Notes under the pieces: generated by a model | Databases searched by the model: none | What the model was told of the DNA's origin: nothing | The model's input: only the letters and a program-made list of their open reading frames with translations | From: Lama guanicoe | Taxonomy: Eukaryota | Reading direction: 5' to 3' | NCBI GenBank assembly: GCA_013239625.1 | Contig: MU054122.1 | Span: 150,773-214,772, forward strand | Length of the DNA stretch: 64,000 bases | Translations under genes and position numbers: made by a program | Shown: positions 1-15,345 of the stretch, piece by piece | How the letters are laid out: each line of letters starts with the position of its first letter | Position numbering within the stretch: position 1 is the stretch's first letter

Positions 1-205
1 TCGTTCATTTCTGATTAGTACAGTAATCATAAAAAAAAAAGTAGAATTCAGATATAGCTATAATATTCAGATATAGAAAGTAAGAACCATGTCTGAACTA
101 ACTTTGAGATTTACCTATAATATTATCCAAAATGGAGCCATTCTTTTTATTGACTCAAATTCCCTCTGGAAGATTTCTATGAGAGTTTATAATTGTGGTA
201 CTTAC

Positions 206-275
206 AGAGGTTGGAGACAATAGAAATTCTTGGTACTGAAAGCCACAATTTTCTATTGTTTGTATTAACAGGTCT
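206..275 (-). CDS. TRDMT1: TRDMT1 coding exon 6; gene continues beyond window start
   Basis: 70 nt, ag/gtaagt; (R)DLLIQTIENCGFQYQEFLLSPTS. Exons 1-6 sum to 459 nt = 153 codons without a stop. Confidence 0.96.
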
Positions 276-1049
276 CTGAAAAGAGAAAAATAAAGGGAAA
301 GGAAAAAGCTTTCACTCTACAGTTCAAAATGGGATTCTTATATAAAATTTTACACATAAAACATCATTTTATGTGAAAACTGTGCCTGCACTCAAGTTGT
401 TTAGAAAGAATAATCCAAGTTCTTTTTTAAGTCCAATACTTGAGAAATTACATTCCTCAAAGAGGTAATTGTTATTATAAATAAATAAAGCTACCAGAAA
501 ATTTATAAAATTGGTGAGAGTTAGAGTCACACTAATCCATGAATGATAAACTTGCTATGGGAATGGAACTGTATCCATAGCCAATCAGATGGGGCAACAC
601 TGAGACAGACAGCTGGAGAATCAGGGACTTAGACGGATGCCTTCTCTCCAGCTGGGCTACCATCTGAAAGGGACTCAGGGCTTGCTTCTCCCATCTAACT
701 GCAGGACAAAAAAATGCCTGTCCACAGGACCAAATCTGAACCAAAAACATTCCTATTTCTAAAGAAACAGCACCAAAGTAAGCAGTGAAAATTGAGAAAT
801 ACCATTCTCATTAAAATGACTACTCACTATGGCAAAATTCAGACATATCAAAGTGGGAGAGAATCAGTTGAACCTAATTTTGGGATACTTCAAGTTACTA
901 ACTGTTCAAAATCAGTATTAACGAATAAAATACATAAAATATATAAAATGTCAGAATGTACATGTTTAGTTTTAAGATCTTTATTTCACAACAGCTCCTA
1001 TTATGAAAAATACCAAGTCTAAGATGAACATAAGACACACATTTTTTAC

Positions 1050-1115
1050 CTTGTAGAAGACACTTCAAAACCTTTAACGTTTTCTAAAAGAATATACTTC
1101 GGTAATTTTTGTAAT
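1050..1115 (-). CDS. TRDMT1: TRDMT1 coding exon 5 (motif VI ENV)
   Basis: 66 nt, ag/gtaaaa; (R)LQKLPKYILLENVKGFEVSST(R), with E119-N-V. Confidence 0.96.
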
Positions 1116-1738
1116 CTAAAAAACAAAACAAAACAAAACAAAAACAAATGGAATTCCAAACATCTTATTACTTAGAAGTAAGAAGGAAAGAAAATTCTTA
1201 CAGGTGGGAAATATGAGGTAAATAATTGTCCGAACTCTCTTTTTATAAAAGAATTTTATCAGGGATGGAGACAACTCATAACTTATTCCTTTTCCCCATA
1301 AACATGGCACACCCGATAAAGTTAACATTGGAAATGCTCATTTCCACTGAAGTTTGTGTCAGAACTCAGTTTGCACAGAGTCTCTGGGCGGCACAACTCA
1401 AATGTACACACAGGAGGACGGTTTCTGGAGTTAGCACAACTTTCCAGGCCGTGGGCAACAACACTCACTAACATTAGCATCATCTGCTCTAATACTGTGA
1501 GCAGAGGCAACAGAACTCAGCTATTAGGCTGTAACTCCCTGTCTCTCACTTTAGTGGCAACCATGGAATTGACAAAATCTGTAGTCACTCCACGAGTCAT
1601 GGCAAAAGATAAACGAAGCACACGGTATCTGAAGGCAGCGTGTATAAGCTCTAATCTCTATAAATGACAAACATTGCGTTCATCCAGATCCAAAGTTCTA
1701 CATTTACAGTAAGCTTGTACAGGGGTCTAAGTTTTTAC

Positions 1739-1810
1739 CTTGGGAGAATGTCTAGAATATATAAGAAGCTGTTCGTCCTTGGATCAGTCACATCACCTTG
1801 CAGACCAATT
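1739..1810 (-). CDS. TRDMT1: TRDMT1 coding exon 4
   Basis: 72 nt, ag/gtaaaa; (R)IGLQGDVTDPRTNSFLYILDILP(R). Confidence 0.96.
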
Positions 1811-4156
1811 CTAAAGGGGTAAGTACGGAAAGCAAGTTAAGTTCATCAAGAATCAAGTTCATAAAGATACCAAGTCACTTCTAAAAAGTCAGAACTGAGA
1901 GAACTAAAATTAGTCAGCCCTCACAAAAAATACGATCACCTCTGCTGCTATGGAGAACAAAAGTGTATTTTTTTCATTTAATTAAAAAGAAAAAAGCCTT
2001 GCCTGTCTAATAAACACACTTTTTTCAAAACAATATGCCAAATGACTTACATGAGGCAAAGCAGAACTTGAAGTCGATGAAGAATAAAATCAATTACCAT
2101 CATAAACATCAGTTTGTTTAGGAAAGGCACACACACACAATTGGCTGATGACACCTTTTGCTCTGTCCCACGTGAGACAAGAAAAGTTTAGATGAATGAG
2201 CTGGTTGGGCACAGTGGCAATGTAGAACTGATGGCAAGGATAACTAATCACCATCTAAGCAGATCAAAGTAGAAGGTAAGACTAAGATCATCTTATCCAG
2301 TGTAACCAGGAGGGACTAAAGCTGAAGGCTTGATTCTACAAGGAGTTGCAACTGGGCTAAACTAACTAGGTCAAACTATGTCACATAAACAAGTGGTATC
2401 TGGACTAGCAATTAGGTCTTATAATTAACATTCAATATGATCAAGAACCAAGCAGATTGGACGACTAAGACTGGGCCTTTATCACAGCAGCAGAGGACTA
2501 GGGTTTAAGCCCTTGCTCTTCATTAGCTTCATAGTCTTAAGTAAGTTACTTGACATCACTCATCTGTTTCCTCACACCAGACGGCAGGATCAACACCAAC
2601 AGTGGATCTGAGGCTCAGATGGGAGGTTAGAGTGGACTTGAATAGACTGCTCAGAAACCTTGGGTTCTTCTCATTTTGGCCTTTTTTCTCTCGGTGTTCA
2701 AAATGGTGATCGTACTATGGGATCAGCGACTGTGGCCGTCAGCAGCTGGAGCAGGGCTAATGCAGAGCAGAAGTAGAAGCAGGGAATATATAGGCAGCCC
2801 ACTGCAGAGGGCCCACTGCAGACGGATGAGGCATCCCAGCACTGGGGCTGCATTCTGTTCAGTACCTCCGACTTAACTATAGTTAAACAGCCCATACACA
2901 CACTTGCATATGCTTGGAGCCATCTTTACGTGGAAGGCCTGCCTTTTCTGATAAACTCCCAATCTGCTCCCAGACAATTCAGGTATCATCTCTAAAAGAA
3001 TTCCTCCCACCTGGTGTGCAGCAAGCCATTTTCTCCTCCATGCTCTCATGGCGGTTTCAGTATTCATTCATTATAGAGCTTAGACCACGTTATAAGCCCA
3101 TTATTTGTCAGCCATTTCCCCTTGGACTATAAGTTCCATAGGATGGAAACTACAGCATTGAAAGCAATGCCCGGCACAAAGGTGCACAATGAACTCTTGG
3201 GGAATTAACTTCCCAGAAAACTTCAAATAAAATTTGGATGGAAATTAATCATGAGAATATTTATTTAAATTAGATTTTTTACTACTTGTGATATCCCACT
3301 TAAAATCACATCACGTATTTAAACAGGATCCTACAAAATAACTAATAAATCCTGGCTCTGACATTGTCTAATTGTATGGCCTTGGGAAAGTTATTTAACT
3401 TTTCTATACCCCAGTTTCTCACCTATAAAATGATGAGACTAGTACCTATCTCATAAGCTTGTTAAACTAAATGGCATACTCCCAGTAAGGCACTCAGAGG
3501 GCTATCACTATTATCATTATTATTTACAATAATTAGAAATATTATTATTAAAAATATCTAAGTGAAGATGGATTAGTTAAGATTCTATCTAAAATATAAT
3601 TCCCTGAAATACACAGCCAAATAAATACCATAGAATAAAAAACTGAATTGGGACATAGTTTTAAAGAGTCATTTGATTAATTGTACATATTATTCAATGT
3701 ACATAACAATTTTGAGAAATGTAAAATTCACAAATGCATTCTTGACTAGCTTTAAATTTTTACAGTCAAGGAATCTGGAACTTGAATATTTATTGTGGAA
3801 ATTTACTTTGAATAATCAGTGTAGGAAGATATTCCAGAATGCTCACTAGCTTAAAAAATTTAAAGTAATTTAGGTCAGAAACAAATATTGGATCTTTGGT
3901 AGCTATCAAAGAGGTACCATGTAGTTGCTGCACATCTACTATTGACCAAATTACTGTTTGGCAGTAATTGCTATTTTCCTTATGATTAATGCTAAATTAC
4001 AAGTGTGAGTAAAGGAATTACTTATGAAAAGTTTCAAGCCTACAAAAATGCAGCTGATGGACTTCCAAGTGTCCATGCTTGAAATTACAGTATGATTTGA
4101 TTTAATGAGTCTTTCAAAAGTACTCTTCCTAACAGAGAAATATTTATTATACATAC

Positions 4157-4233
4157 CTTGTGAATGGCTGACAGGGAGGGCTCATTAAAATCATATTGAA
4201 AGATAATCTGTCAAACTCTTCTAGCGTAATGCC
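4157..4233 (-). CDS. TRDMT1: TRDMT1 coding exon 3 (catalytic motif IV)
   Basis: 77 nt, ag/gtatgt; GITLEEFDRLSFNMILMSPPCQPFT(R), containing the catalytic Cys79 in PPCQ. Confidence 0.97.
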
Positions 4234-7200
4234 CTAAAGAACAAACATTGGGGGGAAGAAAGAATATAAAAACATGCATAGAATGGGGAAGAAGGAAAAT
4301 GCTAACTAATTATAACTAAATACATCAGAAATTGTAACACTTAAGTTTTATTTGTAGCACTTGAAAGTTTATAAAACACTTAATACTTTTACAATAAACT
4401 TTAAACTAACTTTCCAAAGCAATTTTGTGAAGGAAGTGGAGCCATAAACCGGAGCTATGAAAAATTCAATGACTTCCCCCAAACCCCAGAGCCAGCCAGA
4501 GCAGAGGTGGAAGGCTAGTCTCCTGCCTCATAAGCACTTCGTGCCCTGTGACACCTCAGGTCTAAGACTGCTGTGATTTCTGAATCAAACATGGAGAACT
4601 TTATTTTATAATTAATGATTCTCAGCAAAGGGTCTAGAGAATTTTTTTAACACCTTTCTATTCATAATACTTTTTATTTAGGAAATGTGATTTACTGACT
4701 AGTCACCATCCTTTTCTGTCAACATACACCCTTGTACGTTTCTGTTAGTATAACACCAAACAGAAAAAGGTTCCATTTTCACATACGCACAATTATTATA
4801 TTGCTTTACAGTTGTGTATAGTCAAAGAAGTTCAAAAGATTGTAGGTAAGATGAATCAAAATCATCTCTACTGGGCTAAATAGTTTAAAAATAGACTATT
4901 TTACTCTTGTTTTATATACAGTATCAGAAGATAAACACAGAGAAACACAAGTCAGGGGTTTGCCAAATCTCATTAAGCAGTCTCAGTGTACACTCTTTGC
5001 CAGAAATTTAAAACAAGCCCAGAATCACAACCTTCCAATTACGAGACATTTCTAAAAAGTTCAAGCACATGAACAAAGCAGGAAAAGCTTTATTCTGAAT
5101 TCTATAAAGAGTGAGTTATCCTGGGAGACACACCACTTGTCTTTATTGTATTAAAAGTTTGAACATACATGTCTATTGTTATTAAATCACAGGCTTTTAT
5201 GTAGTTTAAGATATATGTGTAAAATGAAATGAAAATTAAATATTGAAAAGTTCCAAAGCACCTCTGGAAATCAGAGTTGTAAAGAAAACAATTTGACAAT
5301 CACATACTCAACAGTCTGTCAGAAAACCTGGGGCAGGCCAGTGCCTTAGCACAGCACAGCATATGCAAGTTAAACAGCTTGTCCGCACAGGGCTATTATG
5401 AAAAGCAACTTATTGATTTTACAACTAATTGTGGACGGATTTAAGCTGACTTCCTAAAATCAAAATAAAAATGTGACAAAAATCTTTTGTATCAGAAGCA
5501 TCCTCAGTCTAGAATCTAAAGTTTAGAACCTAAGTCCAGAGTTAATGCCTCCAATACAGTTAGATGTAAAGAGAAAAAAAAAATCATAATTTTAAAGGAT
5601 TCCAGGAGATTTTTTTTTTTAATAGTACAACCCACATGACAAGCAGTTACTCAGAAAACACTCAATGAAACCATCCACAATTTTCTAGGTCGATGAATGT
5701 GTCGGGATTCAAGAAAGTAGTTACAAAGACTCAATGATTAATTTTAATAATTTGGTATCTTAACACTAATGGATATCTATCCTTTTTCCATAACAAGGCC
5801 ATACAAGTTAATAAAAACACCTTTGCTTTATTTACTTTCTCAAAAAGTTTCCTGGCTATTCTTATACTTAATTTTCCTTTAAACTTTAGGAAGAAGTTGG
5901 TAGATTAGCAAACAACAACTTTTGACTATTTTAGTGAAATCTACTGTTACACTAAAGAGAAGTAAAATTTTGAGGTGCATGATAAGTCTCCAATAAAAAC
6001 TTACCAAGTGGTTATTTCCTCTCATTCCCTGCCCTCTGAGCACTGACATTCCTTTGCTGATGAATATCATGACGATTAGATCTTTCTTGATCATTGTACT
6101 AATCGTCACTACACTATAAACTAATTTTCTATGACTCATAAATGCTTTTGCCTTTAGACAGATCTTATCTAATATCAATTCTGAAACCTCTGTTGTCCTT
6201 TGTTACCATTCACCTGGCTTTTGTCCATTTTTTAGGCACGACGTGTTGTTCATTAAACAATGTTCATAAATTAATCCACCAATATTTCAGCGCGTCTGCT
6301 ATACGCCAGACACTGTGCTCGGCCTGGGAATACAGCATGAACATACAGACAAGGCCTCTGCTCACATGATGTTTATACAGTAGTGACTAGTAATTTCCCA
6401 TTTTCTACCTAGATAAATGACAGATTTTAATTTTGTAATGCATTATCTTTGTAACTGGGGAGTCCTGCTCCTGGTTAAACACCTGTATGTAATTTTCAGG
6501 GCGACTGTAGGCAATGATGAAGGCTTCACCAGCAGGTGTCCAGGGGAAAGCCGCCCTCCCTACTCCAGACCTGGTGCCAGGCTTGTGCCCTGCAGTGTGG
6601 TCAAGGGCTCAGAACCCCTGGCAGGTCACACTCTTCACATATTTGCATTCCTAGGTCTCTTTATCTGAGGCCTTGCACACAGGTGGCCTTCAGGCCTCTT
6701 TAAGGGAGGAGGAAGGGAAACCTTGAAGATACTCACCCTGCTATGACTAGTACCCAGCCCTTTCCGCTCCCAGCCTTCCCTGCTTCACCTTCTCCCCCGA
6801 TGCCAGGGGCTCCTTCAACAGTGAGCTGACCCCCACATCTGACCCGACTCTCCAGTGGGGTGCTGCCCCCTAGGGAAATGGAACAGGGGGCGTCGGTGTT
6901 TTCTCTGCTTTATTAGAGACTTGCTTTTCCCACACAGCAATTAAGATTTCATTCTCATTTTTGCCCTGTTGCTTAATCAGCTACTCTGATCCCTGACAGT
7001 TCAGCTGAGCTCCTGACAGCAACATTAATAATGTCCTAAAAATCTACAGCTTCATTTATCTTTCCAAGAATAGATGTATTTTCTGAGACTCACTTTCCCT
7101 TCCTACTGCAATTATATTATCATTTCTACACTGCAAAGATTTACAACATTTCACCCTGCTTCCTAACCATAATTTCTTTCCTAACATGGCAGTTTTATTC

Positions 7201-7289
7201 GTGGGTTCTTTACTCTGATTCCTCTCTTGCTTAGTCAGATTAAGTGACTGAGTCATTTTTACAATAAAGGCCATTTATTCAGTAAGAGT

Positions 7290-10200
7290 CATTTACTTCA
7301 ATGGGAAATAAGTAACAGAAAGATCTCTGAAAAGTTCCTAAATACCTGGAAATTTTAAAACCATACTTCAAAATAACATATAGGCCAAAGAAGAAAACAG
7401 AAGAGAAATTAGAAGATATTTTGAACTGAATGAAAATGAAAATACAACCTATGAAAATCCACAGCTTGTAGCCAAAACTTAAGAAAATGTATAGTGTTCA
7501 AAATGTATAGTATATAGTTTACATTAAAAAGAAAAACAATCTCAAGTCAATCATCTAAAGTCTCACTGTTAAGAAATATAATGAGTAAATTAAACAAAGT
7601 AGAAAAATAATAAAGATGAGTAGAAATTAGTGAAACTGTAAACAAATGAGTAACAGATGAAAATCAATTCCATCCGAACCTATTTACTTGAAAAAAGCAA
7701 TAAATTTGACAAGCCTCCAGCTTCACTAATAGAGGGAAAAACAGAAAAGATACAAATTCTTAATATCAGGAATGACATACTGGACATCACTACAGATCAT
7801 GCAGATAAAAAAATATAAGGAAATATGATGAACAATGTTATGCCAATACATTTGACAAATTAGATTAAAAAAGATAAATTTCTTCAAATAGCCTCAATAG
7901 TCTTATAGCAATAAATAAATTCATAGTTAAAAACCTTCCTACAAAGGAAACTCCAGGCCCAGATGGTTCCACTGATAAAATTCTATCATTTATATAAAGT
8001 ATCAATACTTGTTCTTCACAAACTCTTACAGAGAATATAAGGCTCATATTACCCTAATATCAAAATCATATAAACACATTATGAGGAAACTATAAAAATC
8101 ATCTATAAAGATAAATGCAAAAATACTTAACAAAATATTAGCAAGTGAAATGCAGCAATACATAAAAATGATGCTACTATCATGACAAGTAGGATTTATT
8201 CCAGGAATGTAATATTGACTTAATGTTCAAAAACGGTAATGGATATGTTTACCATATTATCAGAATAAAGGGGAAAATGATATAATCATGTCAAAAGATA
8301 CAAAAAGAAAGCATTTGAAAAACTCAAATCCATGCATAATAAAAATTCTCAGAAAATGGAATAAAAGGAAAATTCCTCAACTTGATATAAGTCATCTATG
8401 AAAAATATGCAACATCTATAAAATGGTAAATGAATGTTCTCCCCTAAGATCTAGAAGAAGGCAAAGATGTCCAATATAACACTTTCTATTAAACACTGTC
8501 AAAGTCCTAGATAATGCAATAAGGCAAGAAAAAAAATTACACTGATTGGAAGGGAAAAGTGAAACTCTTTTTTTCTCAGACAATATAATTGTACATGTTA
8601 AAAAAAGTCCTACAAAATCAATATTAAAGCTACCAGAACTATTAAGTCAATATAGCCAAGTCTCAGGATACTAGGTCAATAAGTAAAAATAAGTGTATTT
8701 CTACATTGTAGCAAAAAACAATTGGAAAATAATTTTTAAAAAATACCACTTATAATAGCACCAAACCCCACAAACATTTAGGGATAAATTAACAAAAGTT
8801 CATGTAGGGCTTGTACATTAAATACTACAAAATGTAGCTGATACAAATTAAAGAAGACCTAGACAGGTGAAGAGAAAGATCATTTTCATGGGCTGGAAGA
8901 CTCTATTTTGTGAAGATATTAGTTCTTCCAAAATCAATGAGTGATATTCCAATCAAAATATCTTTTTTTTGTAGAAACTAGCAAGCTGATTTTGAAATTT
9001 ACATAGAAATGTAAATGACAGCATAGCAAAAATAATCTTGGAAAAGAAAATTAGAAGTTTGGGAATTTACCATGCCTGAATTTAATACCCATTGTAAAGC
9101 TGCAATAACCAAACGTGTGTTATTGCTGTGAGGACAAACATATAGATATAACTGAAGAGAGAATCCAGAAATATATCCACACATGCATGATCTATTTTTT
9201 TTGTAAAGGTGTCAAGGAAATTGGGGAAAGGATAGTCTTTCAAGAAAATGGTGTTAGGGCAATTTTATGTGTGCTTGGAAAAAAATAAATGACCTCTACC
9301 TCAGACTACACACAAAAAGAAACTTTAAATGAGTCATAAACCTAAACATAAAAGCCAAAACTATAAAACTTCTGGAAGCAAACAGGAAAAAATCAAGTTA
9401 AGGAAATGAAAAGATAAGTTATAGAATTAAAGAAAATATTTATTTTACATATTATGACAAACAACTTGAGTCCAGAAAACTTTAACAGCTATTAAAACTA
9501 AATGATAATAACACAAATATTCTAAATAGTCAATGGGAAAGAAATTTCATTACAGAAGACATAGAAATGTCCTGTAAGCACATGAAAAGATACTCAACAT
9601 TATTAGTCACCAGGGAAATACAAATTATAATCACAATACCACTATATGTTCACTAGAGTAGCTATAATTTAGAAGACTGTGAAACAAGTGAAATACTTAA
9701 ACATGGATTGTGCAACTGTAAAATCGTAGAAACACCATGGAAAACAGTTGGTATTTTCTTATAAAGTTAAAGAAATTTACCAGCAATTCCCCTTCTAGGT
9801 ATTTATCACAAGAAATAAAAACAAAAGTCCACACAAAAACTTGTACGTGAATCTTCATAGCAACTGTTTGTAATAGTCAAAAACTGGAAATAATCTAAAT
9901 GTCTAACATCATGTGAATGGACATACAAACTGTAGCGTGCACAGAATATTACTGAGCAGTAATAAAGAGTAAATTACTGATATATACAACAACACGGGTA
10001 AATTAAAAAAAATTACACTAAACAAAAGAAGTTAACACTGAAAAAAATTACACTCGTGATTTTGTTTATGATATGCTAAAAATAGAAAATCTAATCTGTA
10101 ATACAGAAAACAGATCAGTGGTTGCCCGGAGCTGGGGTCAGAGACTAACCAACACAAGGTACTAAGGAACGTTTTAGGGTGATGGATGTTCTAAGTCTCA

Positions 10201-10290
10201 CCTGTGGTTACACAGTCGTATATATGGGGTCAAAACTCAAACTACACATTTAAAATGAGTGCAGCTTATTATATATAAATTACTGCTTCG
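7290..10290 (+). mobile_element. Old L1 (L1M-type) ORF2 and 3' UTR remnant in TRDMT1 intron 2
   Basis: A-rich strand with recognisable L1 ORF2 DNA (ccaggcccagatggttccactgataaaattct, ccagcaattccccttctaggtatttat) and a 3' end; many stops and frameshifts. Confidence 0.9.
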
Positions 10291-10501
10291 TGAGAAATTT
10301 GTGTGTAAAATTTTTCACAATATGAATTGGGAGAAAAACACAATTTCATACTATTTTTAAACTAACAAATGTACATCAACGTTAAATACTTCTGAGTTTG
10401 TCACAGGTGAAATAGAACCTTTAACTTTGACAGGCAGGCTAAAACAAGACACATTCAGTCGTAATACCCAATGACTCTTTTTACTTTTTTTTTCACTCCT
10501 G

Positions 10502-10506
<5 letters not shown>

Positions 10507-10531
<25 letters not shown>
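10507..10531. repeat. (AT)n microsatellite
   Basis: Direct reading. Confidence 0.95.
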
Positions 10532-10532
<1 letters not shown>

Positions 10533-10871
10533 CTATATACATAGTACGTGAGTATTGCTTAAAAGTAAAGAATTAAAGTTTAATAGCACTACAGAACCAA
10601 ACATTTAGAAGTTAAGCATATCCTTACATTTCAATCCTTTTTCTCAGAGACCAAAATACTGATCATCCTTCTCTAAAGCTGCAAATTTAAAAGAAGCAAA
10701 AAACAAGCTATCTTCTGATATAACATAAAATGTTAATTCCCTTCTCCTAAACGTCTTCATTTATATGTGACTTATCCTCAAATGAAGAAACAAGAAGCCA
10801 GTATCTTGCAGTAATCCTCAGTCATATTTTCCTTGCTACATACACTTATTAAAACAATAATTGTTACTCAC

Positions 10872-10981
10872 CTCAATTGTCTTGGCCAGGAGCTGTGTGT
10901 GAGGAAAATTGTACTTGTACACCTCATTAGCAACAGTGTTTACATCAACTGCAGCCACCACTTGTGCAGGTATACAACTTT
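10872..10981 (-). CDS. TRDMT1: TRDMT1 coding exon 2
   Basis: 110 nt, ag/gtgagt boundaries; (E)SCIPAQVVAAVDVNTVANEVYKYNFPHTQLLAKTIE; phase fits exon 1. Confidence 0.97.
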
Positions 10982-13900
10982 CTGTAATGAAAAATGGCAT
11001 GTCTTAAAATGTAAAGTTCTTGACATCAATTTGCTTGCAACAGAGAGAAGCCAAAAACAGCAGAATTTTTCTAGTACCTTTCCTCCCTTCCTCAATTTTC
11101 TAGCCAGATCTCAGATTGTAGGTGGACACCCAGGCCAGGAGGAGCCAGGCCTGAAGTGGAACATTTATACACTTCTAGTTCATCTCCCAACAGCATTCTG
11201 ATGCTAAAAATGAGATTTAAGTGTTTTAGTCATTATCTCTTATATTTGCTTCCCTCCCTCTGGCAAGATATACACTTAGGAGTTGAATGAAAAGTTTTCC
11301 TAAAGTAAAACAAAACAAAAATAGAAAAGTGAAGTAGATTCTTAAGAGCCATATCACTTGGAAATTTATAAATATGCCTTTAGGTAAGTTTTGGTCAGTT
11401 TTAAGTAAAAAAATTTTTTAATAGCTTTATTGAGATATAACTCACATATCACAAAACACTTAATGAAGATTTAGGTAAGTTTTTAGATGAGATGCAAAAT
11501 TAATTGGTATCCAAATGTAGAAACTTCACAGATCCAAAATTAAACATTTTAACAGACCAGGAGAGAATGTAAGAAGAGTAAGGGAAATAATTGCAAGAGC
11601 ACAGCTTCTTCATTGCCCCTCTGTCCCGCTGTTAAAGAAAGGCATTTTCAAAATGCTTTCAGATTCAGAAAATTTAGCCACAGTCCTCCTGTGACAGTCA
11701 AAATTTGAACTGTGTAAATGTAGCTGCTGTTGTATTTTGCAATTACCACCCTCTTTGCACTTCTTCCCCCAAACACATACAAATCCAATTATGTGTAAAC
11801 CCTGCCCCAAAACAGTAGAAAATTTGAAGAGTTTTTAAAAATAAAACTATTGGAGCGTTCTCAGGAAAATCATCAGAGAAACTGTTACAAAATTACACAG
11901 TAGTTCCAAAAAGCTATTTCTTGAATAACCATTCCTGTTAAAGAGTTAAATTAGGCAGCCCAAATATCAGACAATGAAAAAGAAAAATATTAGGATGTGA
12001 GGAGCTAGGGCTCACGCCGCAGGCAGGCCCCTGTGATGCAGGCAGACCCACATTATGGAAGACGGGGCAAGGAGGGAGGTTCCTACACACTCCGAAAACA
12101 ATCACAACCCGACACTGAGGCCTAGAAAAGATGACGTCAGAGAGACAAGGGCATAAATGTGTCTAGGTAAGTCTTTACTAGGTGTCTACTAGGCTTGAGA
12201 CCCTGGGCCCCCTTCTAGATCTCCTGCTGCCTTGTATATAAATCACTGGAAACGTAAAGGTCCAGTCGGTAACATCATAGGTAGCTGCCTCCAGTTGAGT
12301 TTAAATTCAATAACTGGTTCACTTGCCTTCACACAGAGTAAATTTAAGTTCTAAATTGTATCTTTGTCAGAGGCATCAGAGAGAACTTACAACACAAATC
12401 AAGAAAGGTTTTTAAAAAACTAACAAAAATATTAGTATATAAGGACCACTCTGCAAAATCACAAACCTTATAACCCAGGTCAAGAACTAAGCAACTACTA
12501 ATCACTTTAAGAAATCTAGGGGCTGAATAAACTTCATTAAACTATTGTTTTGCTAAATAAGATAAACTGCAATTAGCAAGATGTAGCCTGCTTGCATTTT
12601 TATTACACATGCAGCAAGCTGGGATTGCCTGGAGTTGATGCGTATGACTCTTCTCTGTTTTCAGGCTGATTGAAAATCCAAAGACATGTGCCGAATCTGT
12701 ACCATAATCAATAATTAATTTTATGTTCTTGTATTATGTGCCTGCAAGACATAAAGACCAACAAAAAGCAAGTGTCAAATGAGTATTTTCTGTGGTGATG
12801 CAAGAACTGATGAACTGAAAATTCTTTCTCAGGAAACAATAGATTTTTAAAGTCAATAAACAAATGCACTGTTTGCACATTCTAGATTGTTATAAAATTA
12901 GGACCGCATGACCTAAAAAGGTTATTTCCATGATGAAAGTGAACACACTAAGATCTAACTGAGACTAATTCAGCTTTCTTTTTCAAAACAGTATTGTTTG
13001 GGAGGTATGGGTGTGTTTCCAAGGAAAAATTAAACTTATAAATAACAATTTAAAAAAGCAAGCCTGTCAATTCTAAAAAATCTAAAATTAAGCTCCAAAG
13101 ACAGGTTGTCCTGATATTCTAACTGTACACTTTAAGCCTATAGCCTCCAAAAATCTTTGTTAAACTGCATACACAGATTTTTAAGATGTTTAACTAAAAA
13201 TATCAAATGAATACAATTCAACAGATTTTTGCCTAGTGAGATCTATCACTCAGGTGATCCAGGGGTAGTAATTCTCAAAGAGGAGAGAACTGGGGAAACA
13301 GGAACCACAGGATAGTTCAGTGGCAGCAGAAGGAGAGGATGTGTTTTGCAGTACTTTGACCTTACCTGGGTTTCATTCGTGGCATTTCAGTTATTATTCT
13401 GGACTGCATATTTATCAACAGGAAGCATATTAAAAGGTGAGACATCCTAGTTAGAGAAATGCAACATAAGTGATTTTAAAAGACTGTCAGATTGGATCTA
13501 CAAGGAAAGGATAAGGTGTATCATGCTCCCACATACATGAAACTTCAACTGAAAAAGGCAGATTTATTTACGTTAAAAGAGACTCCTGGGTGAGATGTCA
13601 GCGGTGCCACTCAAAATCCATGCACAATCCCTGCTCTCGAGCATGTTTCTTATTGAGGTGGGCAGAAAACACACACACAAACACACATATCATATTCTAA
13701 TAGTAATTATCTTCCTTCTTTTTCTGATCACACTTCCTGGAAAAGTTTAAGAGAAGAACCTCTGTTGGGAGTAGTAAAAATGTACAAGTTCACACTCTAC
13801 CTGCCTTCCCTAACCAAATAAATCAAAAAGTTTAACTGTTCTTGCATAGCTAAGGTGGGGAAGATACTCAATATTTAAAATTGCAAATATAAAATTAACT

Positions 13901-15345
13901 GGCCTGCTTAGACATAAGGGAAGTCACTTATTTTTTTCTTCTTTTCCTTCTTTATCTTTTTTTTTCTAAACTGTATCTCATCTAGGTGAGTAATTACTTG
14001 AATTACCTCATTCTAATCACACCTGAAACAGCTAGTCAGGTATGTTAACACTGACATCTAGTTGTGAAATGGAAGATCAGCTGAATACACCCGATGTCCA
14101 TTTCTTTTCATTCAAAGTGATAATTTAATTAAGAAAAAAATTAAGCAAAAATAGATCTGCAACAATTCTGAATTTAAAATGACTGCCAAAGTATATTTGT
14201 TTCTTTTTAAAGATTCTTACATTTCAAAAACCATAAGGTATTTCTGTAAATTAAATAAAATTAAAACTAAGTTTTAAAGTTTTTATACTCAATTTCTTAA
14301 AAGTCTCCTTAGAAGTTTAGCTAATAACCCCCCAAAAAATTGACTTCAGTTTAAGACATACTGTGAATCTGACTAAACATAAGAGCCCAGCAACCAGGAT
14401 GCGGATGGGAACTGCTTGAGCTCTGTGTTCAGACCAGAGCTGGGGAAGTGGGACCAGAGAGAAAGGTGCCAAATTAGCTTACAGGGAAAGGAAAATAAAG
14501 ATGCTACACCACATAATATAGTAAACCCTCCTTGAAAGCTTATACTTTTCATCATTACTGACTTTATGAAGTTTTAAACCCTAACCAGAATTTCTGCTAC
14601 AGGCACCTCTAAAAGAAGAATTAAGTGTTAGAATTTTGCACTAGACTGGAAAGCAAAAGTTTGTCATAAGACCTCAGAGGAAAATGCAATTCAGTTACTT
14701 CATTTCTCATTTTCCTCTTCTATACTCCTCCTGACTATTTACTTTTCTTTAAGCCTTTTCCCACTAAGTCACTAAGTCCCATAAAAATCAACAAACATTA
14801 GCCATCATTATTTTCTTTAATCAAAGCTGTCCTAGGCACACCCTACAGAGATCTTTTTAAGTGTATATATGTGTGTGTGCGTTCACATGCCCTGAGAAAG
14901 ATTTCGAATATGGAGATCTAGCTAGTTAGCTCTTTCTCTGCCTGTGTTTGAATTTTAGCTCTACCATTTCCAACTGTGATTTAGACAAGCTACTTGACAC
15001 CTCCTTATGCCTCAGTGTCATTATGTGTAAAACAGAAATAATAAAGTACCTACATCATAGTTTTCTGAGGATTAAAGTAGTTAATATCTATAAAGCTCCT
15101 ACACTTGTGTCAGCCTAGAGTAATCAACCAATATACGGTTGCTATTATTATTATCAAAAGGACAAAAGCTTTTAAAAATAAGAATATCAAATGCTAAGAA
15201 GAACCGGGTGTGCCAGAAATTCTCACTGCAGATGTGAGCATCAACTGAGGATTCAGTGATGTAGGACTAGTTTGGTAATATGTATCTAAAGCTTTAAAAC
15301 CTGTTTTGGACTTACCGAGCTCACATTTGGGCACATATCTCAAGG

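Noticed and set aside
7290..10290. 3-kb L1 as a potentially active element
   Set aside because: 5'-truncated and full of stops and indels; no long ORF in the track.
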